Shown here one piece after another: positions 18,586-27,938 of a stretch of DNA of 64,000 bases. The stretch spans positions 6,332 through 70,331 of the forward strand of contig CAKZRR010000003.1 of NCBI GenBank assembly GCA_937146805.1. Reading direction: 5' to 3'. Origin of the DNA: an uncultured Owenweeksia sp. Its GTDB lineage: Bacteria > Bacteroidota > Bacteroidia > Flavobacteriales > Schleiferiaceae. The position numbers were made by a program, and so were the translations under genes. Positions within the stretch are counted from its first letter, which is position 1. Every line of letters begins with the position of its first letter. The notes under the pieces are model-generated. The model was not told where the DNA came from, searched no databases, and was given only the letters and a program-made list of their open reading frames with translations.

Positions 18586-19107
18586 TTGCTTCGTTTATTA
18601 ATTATGCTGGCGATTTTTGCGCTGGCAGTTTGGGCTATCAATAAATACGTAATTAACCTTTCGGAGGTAGTTACTTGGATGGACGCCCGTGTGCCTCAGT
18701 GGGTAATTATTGGCATTCTTTTTATCAGCGAAAGCTTTGTAGGGCTGCTACCTCCCGATGCCTTTATTGCTTGGGCCAAAGCATTTAATCACCCTTACCT
18801 TATGGTATTGATTTTGGCCTTTGCCTCGTATATGGGAGGCGTAGTATCTTGGGTTACTGGCACTCAGCTACACAGATTAGCTCGGGTAAAAAATTATGTA
18901 GACGTAAAGTTTGCTGAGCAATTTTTAACCTTTAAAAAGTACGGAGGCATGGTTATTTTTATTTCAGCCCTTACCCCATTGCCTTTTTCGCCTATAAGCG
19001 TGGTAGCAGGCGTAGTAGGCTACCCTCTAAAAAGCTACTTATTGGTGGCTCTAGCACGTTACATTCGTTTCTTTTTATATGCCTACTTTATTTTTCAAGT
19101 ATTTTAA
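18586..19107 (+). CDS. DedA/YqaA (VTT) family membrane protein
   Basis: SESFVGLLPPD, KYGG...FISALTPLPF, RYIRF; frame is open further upstream (see findings). Confidence 0.82.
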   Translation: MLRLLIMLAIFALAVWAINKYVINLSEVVTWMDARVPQWVIIGILFISESFVGLLPPDAFIAWAKAFNHPYLMVLILAFASYMGGVVSWVTGTQLHRLARVKNYVDVKFAEQFLTFKKYGGMVIFISALTPLPFSPISVVAGVVGYPLKSYLLVALARYIRFFLYAYFIFQVF

Positions 19108-19113
19108 GCAGTG

Positions 19114-19121
19114 TACCTTTG
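19114..19121 (+). promoter_or_regulatory. -7 promoter box
   Basis: TACCTTTG 4 nt before ATG 19126. Confidence 0.6.
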
Positions 19122-19125
19122 CGGA

Positions 19126-20313
19126 ATGAATGTTACGCAACGCCAATTATTTTTACAGCATCAAGCTCAAACTACCGATTTTCCGCTTTCGTTGGAAATA
19201 GAAAAGGCAGAAGGCAGTTATTTGTTTGATAACCAAGGTAAAAAATATTTAGATCTAATATCTGGAATTTCAGTTAGCAACGTAGGTCACCGTCACCCTA
19301 AAGTGGTTACGGCCATTAAACAGCAAGTGGATAAATACATGCACCTTATGGTGTACGGTGAGTATATTCAAACACCACAAGTAGCCTTAGCCACTAAACT
19401 AGCTGAGCTACTAGGCCCTCAGCTAAACGCAACCTATTTTGTGAACTCCGGCAGCGAAGCTACTGAGGGTGCCATGAAATTAGCCAAACGCGCTACCGGA
19501 AGATTTGAAATTATTAGTCTTAAAAATGCCTACCACGGCAGTACACAAGGCGCTTTATCCATTATTGGAGATGAGGAATTTAAGCGCGGGTTTAGACCTT
19601 TACTACCAGCTACACGTGCCATTCGTTTTAATGAGGAAAGTGACCTCAGCCAAATTACGACAGCCACTGCAGCCGTGATCGTAGAACCTGTAATGGGCGA
19701 AGCGGGCTATCTTAAACCCCAGAAAAACTATTTAAAAGCATTGCGCGAAAAATGCACGGAAGTAGATGCATTATTAATTTTTGATGAAGTACAAACAGGC
19801 TTTGGCCGAACCGGTAAAATGTTTGCCCATCAGCTTTTTGGGGTAACTCCAGATATTATTACCCTGGCCAAAGGAATGGGAGGCGGCATGCCTATAGGAG
19901 CGTTTGTTGCAAGCAAAACGCTGATGGATACATTAAAAGAAAATCCAATTCTGGGTCATATAACCACTTTTGGAGGGCACCCTGTAAGTTGTGCTGCCGC
20001 CTTAGCCTGCATTGAAGTTATTGAAGAAGAAAAACTTGTTGATACGGTTAACGCGAAATCAGAATTGTTTAAAAGACTACTAGTACACCCCAACATAAAG
20101 GAAGTACGCGGCCAAGGCTTAATGCTGGCATTACAATTAACTGATTTTGAAGAGGTACAGAAGGTTATTGATTTCAGCTTAGAGAGAGGTGTTATTTCTG
20201 ATTGGTTTTTATTCTGCGATAGCGCCATTAGAATTAGTCCACCATTAAACATTACGGAGCAGGAAATAAAAGAAGCTTGTGAGGTGCTCGTAAAAGCGGT
20301 TGCCGCGCTTTAG
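19126..20313 (+). CDS. Class III PLP aminotransferase (ArgD/acetylornithine-like)
   Basis: NSGSEATEGA, AYHGST, EPVMGEAG, FDEVQTGFGRTG, TLAKGMGGG, TTFGGHP. Confidence 0.9.
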   Translation: MNVTQRQLFLQHQAQTTDFPLSLEIEKAEGSYLFDNQGKKYLDLISGISVSNVGHRHPKVVTAIKQQVDKYMHLMVYGEYIQTPQVALATKLAELLGPQLNATYFVNSGSEATEGAMKLAKRATGRFEIISLKNAYHGSTQGALSIIGDEEFKRGFRPLLPATRAIRFNEESDLSQITTATAAVIVEPVMGEAGYLKPQKNYLKALREKCTEVDALLIFDEVQTGFGRTGKMFAHQLFGVTPDIITLAKGMGGGMPIGAFVASKTLMDTLKENPILGHITTFGGHPVSCAAALACIEVIEEEKLVDTVNAKSELFKRLLVHPNIKEVRGQGLMLALQLTDFEEVQKVIDFSLERGVISDWFLFCDSAIRISPPLNITEQEIKEACEVLVKAVAAL

Positions 20314-20566
20314 GCCATTCACTATTCTTACAAAGCAAATCAGACCCCAAAGAGAATGGAAAGAGAAAATATACAAAACCACATTATTTCTACGATTTCG
20401 ATGCCAACCGAAATACAAGCTTAGACAGAGGCTTATTTTGAATTGAGGTGTACACTTTCAATGTTTAACTCCCCCAATAATAATTGGAATATCTAGCTAC
20501 GAGGTGCTCTAAACTTTAAAGTAAACGTTTGAAGGACATTCTAAAAAAAGGAAACATTACAGACTG

Positions 20567-22843
20567 CTATCTAATGAGCAAAACATGCCCCTTTAGTTCT
20601 TGGGGCCCAACCTTGGCCACATAAAAATAAGTCCCATCTGAATGGTTATTCCCCGTCCAACAATCACTAGGATTATTACTCTTAAACACATTCACGCCCC
20701 AGCGGTTGTAAATATTTAACTCAAAGCATTGCGAAAAACCTTCACTACTTTCTACATAAAAGCAATCGTTCAAACCATCCCCATTAGGTGTAAACACATT
20801 TGGCACTACCATCGATTGACCTTGTGTAGTATCCACAACTAACACTTTGCTAACCGTGCCTTGGCAACCTGAATTGCTTTCTATATCCAACGTTACTGTT
20901 ACATTTCTTCCATTCTCCATCTCCAAAAAAGTTGACTCATCATTACTAAACTCTTTGCCCTCAATTCGCCAACTATAATATTTCGCACCAACCGTTTGAT
21001 TATCCAGCTGCACAACTATGCCTTTACAACTTACTTGAAAGGAATAATCAAAAACTACTTCAGGAGCTTGTACAACCTCTATTTGAACACTATCCGCACC
21101 AAAACATCGAGTAACATCGTTTACTTTAATCCAATATTTTCCAGGCAATAAATATCTATGAGATATTCCTACTCCACGCTCTGCCGCAATTTGCTGTACG
21201 GTATCAGACCCATCTCCAAAATTCCAATACCAACTGGTATTCCTACCCACATTTGGGTATAATGTAAAACTTTCACCTACGCATAAGAGATCGTTAAAGT
21301 CCCTAAACTTTACTTTCCTTCCCTCTGTCTTTTTTATATAAAACGAAACCGAATCTTGAGGTATTGGGCCGCTTTCTCCTAAACAATAACCATATGCCGG
21401 CATATCAAAAAAGTTTTTTGTTTTTTTCATATAACTAAAATGATAACCCGTAAAACCCTCAGCCGAAGTCTCTAAAACATGAGTATTGTCATCAATTTCT
21501 ATTTCAGCATAACTCCATGCAGGATGGCTTGCATAGGTTTGCCAAACACTTGGTTGTAAAACTTGCCCATCTAAAGTAAAAGAGCCTGTCGATTGAGTCG
21601 GTGTATAAAGTGCCACCATATGAGATACTCCATAATTTCCAATAAAGGGTTTTAAAACACTTCGTTTTATTAACTCATTACTACCGGCTACGTTTATGCT
21701 AAACCCTGAAAACACCGAGGAGTTAAGTCTTGTAGAGTCCAATACCCAAGGTGTATTACGAGTAAGCATTAATTGCACCGGTTTACTAGCTGTAATTACC
21801 GCCTCGCCCAACCAACAAGTATCTAATTGATAACTTTTGTTGCGCCAACCAATTAACTGACCGTTTATAAAAATAGCGGTACTATCATGTAATGCCATAA
21901 TACTATAAAGACTTGCATGATGATTTAACATTTGATTGACTAAGAACATAGTATCTCCAACGGAGTTAGGCTTAACCTGCTCGTAGGTCTCTTTTCTCAT
22001 TGTAGATCGTGCAGAGAAACTGGAACAGTCTCCCCAAATATTGCTAGGCGTTCCTGCAAAAAGCAGAATAGGTTTATTTAAACCTTTTACTGTGCTACCA
22101 GAGTAACTTCGATTTTTGAGCTTAACGGATAATAGGGTATCGTATTCAGAATAGCTATGGAACGCATCACCCGATTCCATTTGTGGATAAAAAAATGTAT
22201 CAACCGTTAAGGGAGTTAATGAAAACGGGGTTGTCGATTTACCGTTTAAACGTATTGCCACTTGGGCAGAATCAAACGGTGTATAAGCCCAAAACTGCAT
22301 GGCTCGATGTTGGTTGGTTAATGCACTTGGGAGACCTTTCCGCATGAAGTTAGGCCCTGTTAGCCAATAATCTTTTTGAGCTGCAATTAAAGGCCCAATA
22401 GCCGTTGCTTCCGTATTTACACAATCAGTTTGATGAGCAGCGTATCCTCCCAACGAATCTAACCTGTTAATATCCGTAGCCTGTACCACTTGCACTGGAA
22501 ATTTACTTTTAACCGTTACACCTAAGGGCAGCACTCGACCAATAACCCCAGTATAATGAGGTAACTTCACTAATAACACGCTGTCCTTTTCAAGCCAAAA
22601 ATCAAGTCTAAAACCTATTTCAGGCACCTCCACAAAACCGCAGGTTGGGGTGGCCGCGGTAATCTGTACCACACGCTTTCTTGGCATACCACTCCCTGCA
22701 ATTCCATCAACCCCTAAGTAAGGGAATGAAAAATTAGTACCCGCACTGAAAAAAGGGGTGTTCTGAGCTTGTAATCCGAGCGAAAGAAATAGAAAAACCC
22801 CTATCCCAAAAAAGGATAGAGGTTTCATATTTAACAAATCCAT
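20567..22843 (-). CDS. T9SS type-B-CTD secreted protein with IgGFc-binding-like N-terminal domain and PKD domains
   Basis: Signal peptide; IMALHDST.IFING..ITASKPV (IgGFc_binding-like); WNFGDG PKD; C-terminal VPNVFTPNGDGLND...IYNRWG...DGTYFY. Confidence 0.85.
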   Translation of the reverse strand: MDLLNMKPLSFFGIGVFLFLSLGLQAQNTPFFSAGTNFSFPYLGVDGIAGSGMPRKRVVQITAATPTCGFVEVPEIGFRLDFWLEKDSVLLVKLPHYTGVIGRVLPLGVTVKSKFPVQVVQATDINRLDSLGGYAAHQTDCVNTEATAIGPLIAAQKDYWLTGPNFMRKGLPSALTNQHRAMQFWAYTPFDSAQVAIRLNGKSTTPFSLTPLTVDTFFYPQMESGDAFHSYSEYDTLLSVKLKNRSYSGSTVKGLNKPILLFAGTPSNIWGDCSSFSARSTMRKETYEQVKPNSVGDTMFLVNQMLNHHASLYSIMALHDSTAIFINGQLIGWRNKSYQLDTCWLGEAVITASKPVQLMLTRNTPWVLDSTRLNSSVFSGFSINVAGSNELIKRSVLKPFIGNYGVSHMVALYTPTQSTGSFTLDGQVLQPSVWQTYASHPAWSYAEIEIDDNTHVLETSAEGFTGYHFSYMKKTKNFFDMPAYGYCLGESGPIPQDSVSFYIKKTEGRKVKFRDFNDLLCVGESFTLYPNVGRNTSWYWNFGDGSDTVQQIAAERGVGISHRYLLPGKYWIKVNDVTRCFGADSVQIEVVQAPEVVFDYSFQVSCKGIVVQLDNQTVGAKYYSWRIEGKEFSNDESTFLEMENGRNVTVTLDIESNSGCQGTVSKVLVVDTTQGQSMVVPNVFTPNGDGLNDCFYVESSEGFSQCFELNIYNRWGVNVFKSNNPSDCWTGNNHSDGTYFYVAKVGPQELKGHVLLIR

Positions 22844-22848
22844 TGCCT

Positions 22849-25269
22849 TTATTTCAAAATCAACTTCTGGGTTAATTTAGTGCCGGCCTCAAAACTTACT
22901 TTAACAAAGTACAAGCCCGCAGGTATATTTTGGCAATCTAAAACAAGGTTTTTAACTATATCAATGGACACTTCACGCAGCACCTTTCCTTCTACATTTA
23001 CTAATTGCACTATTTCTGCTTTGTTTGTTAGTCCTCTTATTTCAACTTGGTCCTTAGCAGGATTAGGGAACAACACAAAACTTTGATTTACAATTTCTCC
23101 AAAACCTAAACCTTTATCAATACCCAAGGCCAGTGGCAACAGGTAATTACTGGCCGCTGTGGGCATATTTAAAGCAGTGCCTTCAAAAGTATTTAACACG
23201 GTAAAACCCATGTTAAAAGGGGTCGCAGGCAAACTAAAATTCTCGTAAACACTAAAAGCATAACCCGTATCCCCAGTAACGGATACCGTGTACTCATCGT
23301 TGGCATTTAAGGACACATTCATTTGCAAACTAACTAGTTCTGTAAAAGGTTTACCTAAGGTTAACACTTGGTGGTGAATTTCAGCTTGAGTCTTATCATG
23401 TATTTTTAGATTAAGCTCATAGCCTCCCGTTTTTCCAAACAAATCAACCAAACCGGGAATAGCTACGCTTTGCAACGTCACATTTTGATTAACCGTAAAC
23501 TGCACACCTGCACTACCCGTAAATATTACTGGGCTGTTTTGGTAATTGCCATTACCCATGGTTACTATAGCCAAATTAGCTCCATTAGGCACACCAATGG
23601 TATCACTTAGCTCCTTACAGTTTCCCTTACTAATACTTACTTGATAAACACCTCCACTAAATGGTGTAAGAGTATCGTAAGGATAGGCAAAGGGAACACC
23701 GTTGTAATACCATGTATGGTGCACTCCAAGGTTAGAGTTTGTTAAAACTAGCTGACCTCCTGTAAAGTTTAAAACAACTGGAGTCAAGGTGTCCATCATA
23801 ACAAATACCGAATCTTGGTAGCCCGGGGATTGAGAATCGGAGAGATAATAATACTGTGATTTCGTTACTACGGTGCTGGGGTTTGATTGTGTGCTATTAA
23901 AAGAGGCATCTGCAGATGTCCATTGAAAATTCCCACTTTTAGTCGTTCCACTAAATTGGACGCTATCGCCAACACAAGCTCTCAAGGTATCTCCATTGAT
24001 ATTAGCGGTTGGCACCACGCGTATCAAAAATGCCAAATCGGTATGTGCCGGAAAAGGGCAAACATCATTACTAAACTTCACATACAAAGCATGTCTTGAG
24101 TTTCCTGTTAAAACATGCTCTCCTCCAATTACCCATTTAAGTTGCACCGTGTTGGTAAGTGAAGTTGTATATCCAGTTTGTGGAGATATGGGATTTAATG
24201 TTGCCTTTACGCTGTAGTTACTAGACCCTAAAAAGGGTGCTGCAAATGCAGAACCTCTTGCCGAGGCAACAATATTCGCCAAAGTGGTATCCAGTCTCAT
24301 TTGACTGCTAGTAGCCGTAATATCTAAGGAAACGGTATCTCCTACACAGGCATCTATATAGTGTGTTTCACTATCTGTTTTAGTAATTGGATGGCTATTA
24401 TTAGCCACTAAAAAAGCGGGAGGCACTTGTTGGGTTATACTTCCTTTATACACAACGGCAAGATCTCTGTATACTTTTGATAGCAGCACACCTTTTCTCC
24501 ATTGTTGGATTTCAACGGCATACACATAACTGCCATTATTACCCGAGTTAATTCGTGTTTTAACAATACCAGTTTCATGATTAATAGTAGTTAACCCGTT
24601 ACTTGCATTGGTAGCCGAGTTCGGAAAGGGTTGCGAATAACTGTAACCACTGGAAAAGTTTACGGTTGTGGTCGCTCCATCTTTAGGTGTAGAGAAATCT
24701 ACATAAATAGAATCACTAGGGTTGTTGCTCATTGCACCCGTATTAAACGAAGCCGAATCGCTGGAAATAATATAACCGCTACTTTCTGAAAAATAAGGAG
24801 AAGGGTTCGTACATCCTCCAAAGTTTGTATACATAATAGAGCGGAGATAAAAAGCTCCGGTGGGGCCATTTCTGTTAGTACCCGATCGGCAACAATCAAA
24901 ATAACTAAACTCCCAACCTGCAGCAGGCGGTGTCCCAGATAGTACTATAGGACTACTGCGATAGGTGCCACGTCTTATAGCACCATTACCAGGAGTAGAC
25001 CAGCTACAGGCCACAGATCCAGGACCAACACAACTTGGAGAAATTTCTACACTACTTACTTGAGAGCAAACAATAACCCCTTGTGGGCCGGTAAGTGAAA
25101 CGGTAGATGGTGGGATTGCTGCGGGACCAGCACACTCAAAATATAAAACGGTTTGAAAGATATAACCTCCACTTGGTGTACACTCCCATGTAATTTCGCC
25201 ACCTAATAAGTGGGTAGCACTGGCAGCAAAAGAAGAAAGCATAATGGCTAAAGAAACGAGATACTTCAT
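22849..25269 (-). CDS. T9SS type-A-CTD secreted protein, array paralog 1
   Basis: Signal peptide, ATHLLGGEITWEC, DCCR motif, C-terminal FPNPAKD...GLYFVKV...KLILK. Confidence 0.85.
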   Translation of the reverse strand: MKYLVSLAIMLSSFAASATHLLGGEITWECTPSGGYIFQTVLYFECAGPAAIPPSTVSLTGPQGVIVCSQVSSVEISPSCVGPGSVACSWSTPGNGAIRRGTYRSSPIVLSGTPPAAGWEFSYFDCCRSGTNRNGPTGAFYLRSIMYTNFGGCTNPSPYFSESSGYIISSDSASFNTGAMSNNPSDSIYVDFSTPKDGATTTVNFSSGYSYSQPFPNSATNASNGLTTINHETGIVKTRINSGNNGSYVYAVEIQQWRKGVLLSKVYRDLAVVYKGSITQQVPPAFLVANNSHPITKTDSETHYIDACVGDTVSLDITATSSQMRLDTTLANIVASARGSAFAAPFLGSSNYSVKATLNPISPQTGYTTSLTNTVQLKWVIGGEHVLTGNSRHALYVKFSNDVCPFPAHTDLAFLIRVVPTANINGDTLRACVGDSVQFSGTTKSGNFQWTSADASFNSTQSNPSTVVTKSQYYYLSDSQSPGYQDSVFVMMDTLTPVVLNFTGGQLVLTNSNLGVHHTWYYNGVPFAYPYDTLTPFSGGVYQVSISKGNCKELSDTIGVPNGANLAIVTMGNGNYQNSPVIFTGSAGVQFTVNQNVTLQSVAIPGLVDLFGKTGGYELNLKIHDKTQAEIHHQVLTLGKPFTELVSLQMNVSLNANDEYTVSVTGDTGYAFSVYENFSLPATPFNMGFTVLNTFEGTALNMPTAASNYLLPLALGIDKGLGFGEIVNQSFVLFPNPAKDQVEIRGLTNKAEIVQLVNVEGKVLREVSIDIVKNLVLDCQNIPAGLYFVKVSFEAGTKLTQKLILK

Positions 25270-25403
25270 GGTATGGGTTTTTGGATTACAAACAATAGTA
25301 CGATTTTTCCGAAATAAAGAAACCTCTGGATTAGTTAACGATTGGTTCGGGAGAATTAACGGCTGTTTGAATTCATTCTATTCCAGGAGCAAGGGTGTAA
25401 AGT

Positions 25404-27827
25404 TTACTCTATCAAAAATTTATGAGAAACGGCTGCCCCATTGTGTAAATAAACCCGAACGAGATAAATCCCAGGCGGCACATTGGCACAGTTTAAAATT
25501 AAAGGTTTTGTAGTGGCCTGCACCGCCATACTTCTTAAAACCTCTCCGTTTACGTTTATTAATTCTACTTTCTCAGCAACACTAATCAAACCCCTTATCT
25601 CTACTCTATCTTTAGTAGGATTGGGGAATAAAGAGAACTCATACCCTTTTGGGTGTTTTACATTCAAACCCTTATTAGTACCCAAGGATATAGGAAGTAA
25701 ATAGTTACTAGTAGTGGTTGGCATGCTAAATGAAAATCCTTCCACCGCTCTAACTACCGTAAAGCCAATGTTAAAAGGAGTTGCAGGCAAGGTAAAGTTC
25801 TCAAAAATGCTAAACGCATAACCTGAATCTCCAGTAAGTGCTAGAGTGTAAACTTTACTTGCTACCAGCGAAAAATTTAGCGGTAGCCGAAGTAACTCCT
25901 TAAACGGAGCGGCTAGACTTACAGATTGATTGTAAACCTCAACCTGTAAATCGTCATAAATTTTAACATTTAAGTCATATTGATTTATTTGTCCATTTAA
26001 ATTTACCAAACCAGGAATGGTTAAACTCCTTAAGTCTATATTTTTATTAACCTTAAAGTCAATACCTAAACTACCAATTGAAGCAATTTCATTCCCTACA
26101 TACTGTCCGTTACCCATTGTAGTTACGGCTAAGTTTGTTCCATTTAAAAGTGCCAAAGTATCAGTAAATTTTCTGCATCCCCCTTTAACAACACTGGCCT
26201 GATACAAACCTCCGCTAAAACGAGATAAAGTATCATATGGATAAGCAAAAGGAATCTCATTGTAAAACCAAGTACGGCTGGCCACTAAATTAGGGTTTAC
26301 CATGGCCAGCTCCTTACCATTAAAACCCAAGGTAACGGGCAAAAGCGTATCCACCTCCACGTACACAACCTCTAAAAATCCGGGATTGTGCGGATCAGAA
26401 AGGTAATAATACTGTGAGCTATCCGCTCTAATTTTAGGATTTGGCATTTGACTGCTAAAAGTAGCGTCTGCCGATGTCCATAAGAAACTTCCACTCCGCG
26501 TAATACCGCTCAGCTCAACACTATCACCAAAACAGGCTCCAATAGTATCTCTACCTATACTTGGTGCCCCTGATACTTTTATCATAAAAACCATATTAGT
26601 TATAGCAGGATAAGGGCATACATCATTACTAAATTTTACATATAAAGCGTGCCTCTTATTGCCATTCAACACATGCTCTCTTCCAATTACCCATTTTAGG
26701 CGAACATTGTTGGATACAGAAGATGTCAAACTCATCTGAGGGCTTACGGGGGTAAGTGTAGCCTTTTGGCTATAGTTACTTGCTCCTAAAAAAGGCGCAT
26801 CAAACGCATACCCACGGCCAGTAGCGATAATATCTGCCAAAGTTGTATCTAGGCGCATCTGAGTACTTGTAGCCTCTATATCAATCAAAATGGTATCACC
26901 CATAGAAACATCTAAATTGTACGTTTCCTGATCCACCCTTGAAACAGCATGGCTGGAATTAACAATTTGAAAGCTCGGTACCACCTGCTGCGCTGCTGTG
27001 GCAGAATACATGGCAACATAATCTCTGTATATTCTAGACAACAAAACACTATTCTCCCATTGCTCAATAACAATCCCGTAGCAATAAAGACCTGAGGTTC
27101 CGGCATGTACATGGGTTTTAATAATACCAGTACTATGATTAATAGAAGTTAAACCATTACTAGCATTAGTATTGGTATTTGGAAATGGTTGTGAGTAACT
27201 AAAGTTTGGGCTAAAACCAACAGAACTAACTGAATTTATCCTAGGACTTGCGAAATCTATATATAGTGAATCTGTAGAATTATTACTAGCAGCACCAGTT
27301 GCTAGTGTTATAGAGTCTCCGGAAATAATATGACTAGCACTCTCAGCAAAATGAGGCGAATCCTTTTGACATTGAGACGAACTACCGTACATTACTGAGC
27401 GTAGATAAAAATTTCCAGCCGCACCATTCTCTAAACCAATCTGGCGGCAACATTCAACAAAGCTAAACTCCCAACCCAATGGAGGAGGTGTTCCACTAAG
27501 CGAAATTGGCGGGCTTCGGTAAATATAGCGCCTTATAGCACCCTTGGTTCTTGCGGTAGTACCACAAGAAACTGCCCCCGGGCCAGTGCAGCTTGGTGAA
27601 ATCTGAACACCTCCAATTCTAACACATGTTATATATCCCTGCGGCCAAGTAAGAACAAGTGATGGCGGAACTGGAGCGGAGCCCGTCCCACATTCTTGAT
27701 ACAAAACTGTTTCAAAAATAAAAGACCCGTTCGTGGTGCATTCCCAGGTAATTTCTCCCCCTACCAAATGACCTGCCCTAGTGCTAAAAAAGGATAATAA
27801 AGCTACAATAATAGTTAGGTTCCTCAT
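25404..27827 (-). CDS. T9SS type-A-CTD secreted protein, array paralog 2
   Basis: HLVGGEITWEC, ECCR, FPNPTKD...GIYLVRV...KFLIE; colinear with paralog 1. Confidence 0.85.
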   Translation of the reverse strand: MRNLTIIVALLSFFSTRAGHLVGGEITWECTTNGSFIFETVLYQECGTGSAPVPPSLVLTWPQGYITCVRIGGVQISPSCTGPGAVSCGTTARTKGAIRRYIYRSPPISLSGTPPPLGWEFSFVECCRQIGLENGAAGNFYLRSVMYGSSSQCQKDSPHFAESASHIISGDSITLATGAASNNSTDSLYIDFASPRINSVSSVGFSPNFSYSQPFPNTNTNASNGLTSINHSTGIIKTHVHAGTSGLYCYGIVIEQWENSVLLSRIYRDYVAMYSATAAQQVVPSFQIVNSSHAVSRVDQETYNLDVSMGDTILIDIEATSTQMRLDTTLADIIATGRGYAFDAPFLGASNYSQKATLTPVSPQMSLTSSVSNNVRLKWVIGREHVLNGNKRHALYVKFSNDVCPYPAITNMVFMIKVSGAPSIGRDTIGACFGDSVELSGITRSGSFLWTSADATFSSQMPNPKIRADSSQYYYLSDPHNPGFLEVVYVEVDTLLPVTLGFNGKELAMVNPNLVASRTWFYNEIPFAYPYDTLSRFSGGLYQASVVKGGCRKFTDTLALLNGTNLAVTTMGNGQYVGNEIASIGSLGIDFKVNKNIDLRSLTIPGLVNLNGQINQYDLNVKIYDDLQVEVYNQSVSLAAPFKELLRLPLNFSLVASKVYTLALTGDSGYAFSIFENFTLPATPFNIGFTVVRAVEGFSFSMPTTTSNYLLPISLGTNKGLNVKHPKGYEFSLFPNPTKDRVEIRGLISVAEKVELINVNGEVLRSMAVQATTKPLILNCANVPPGIYLVRVYLHNGAAVSHKFLIE

Positions 27828-27938
27828 AAGGCTCGTTTATATTAAATGAACTAAATACTTTTATGTTTTCCTCTTTATCCAAAGTTGGTCAAATAAAGCT
27901 GGCTAACCTTATCCGTCAAAAACAATCGCCCGTTAAAA

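Noticed and set aside
20314-20566. 253-nt intergenic region checked for an sRNA, a remnant porP or a small ORF
   Set aside because: No convincing ORF, hairpin or homology by eye; a weak GTATTTCGG match to the array promoters is insufficient
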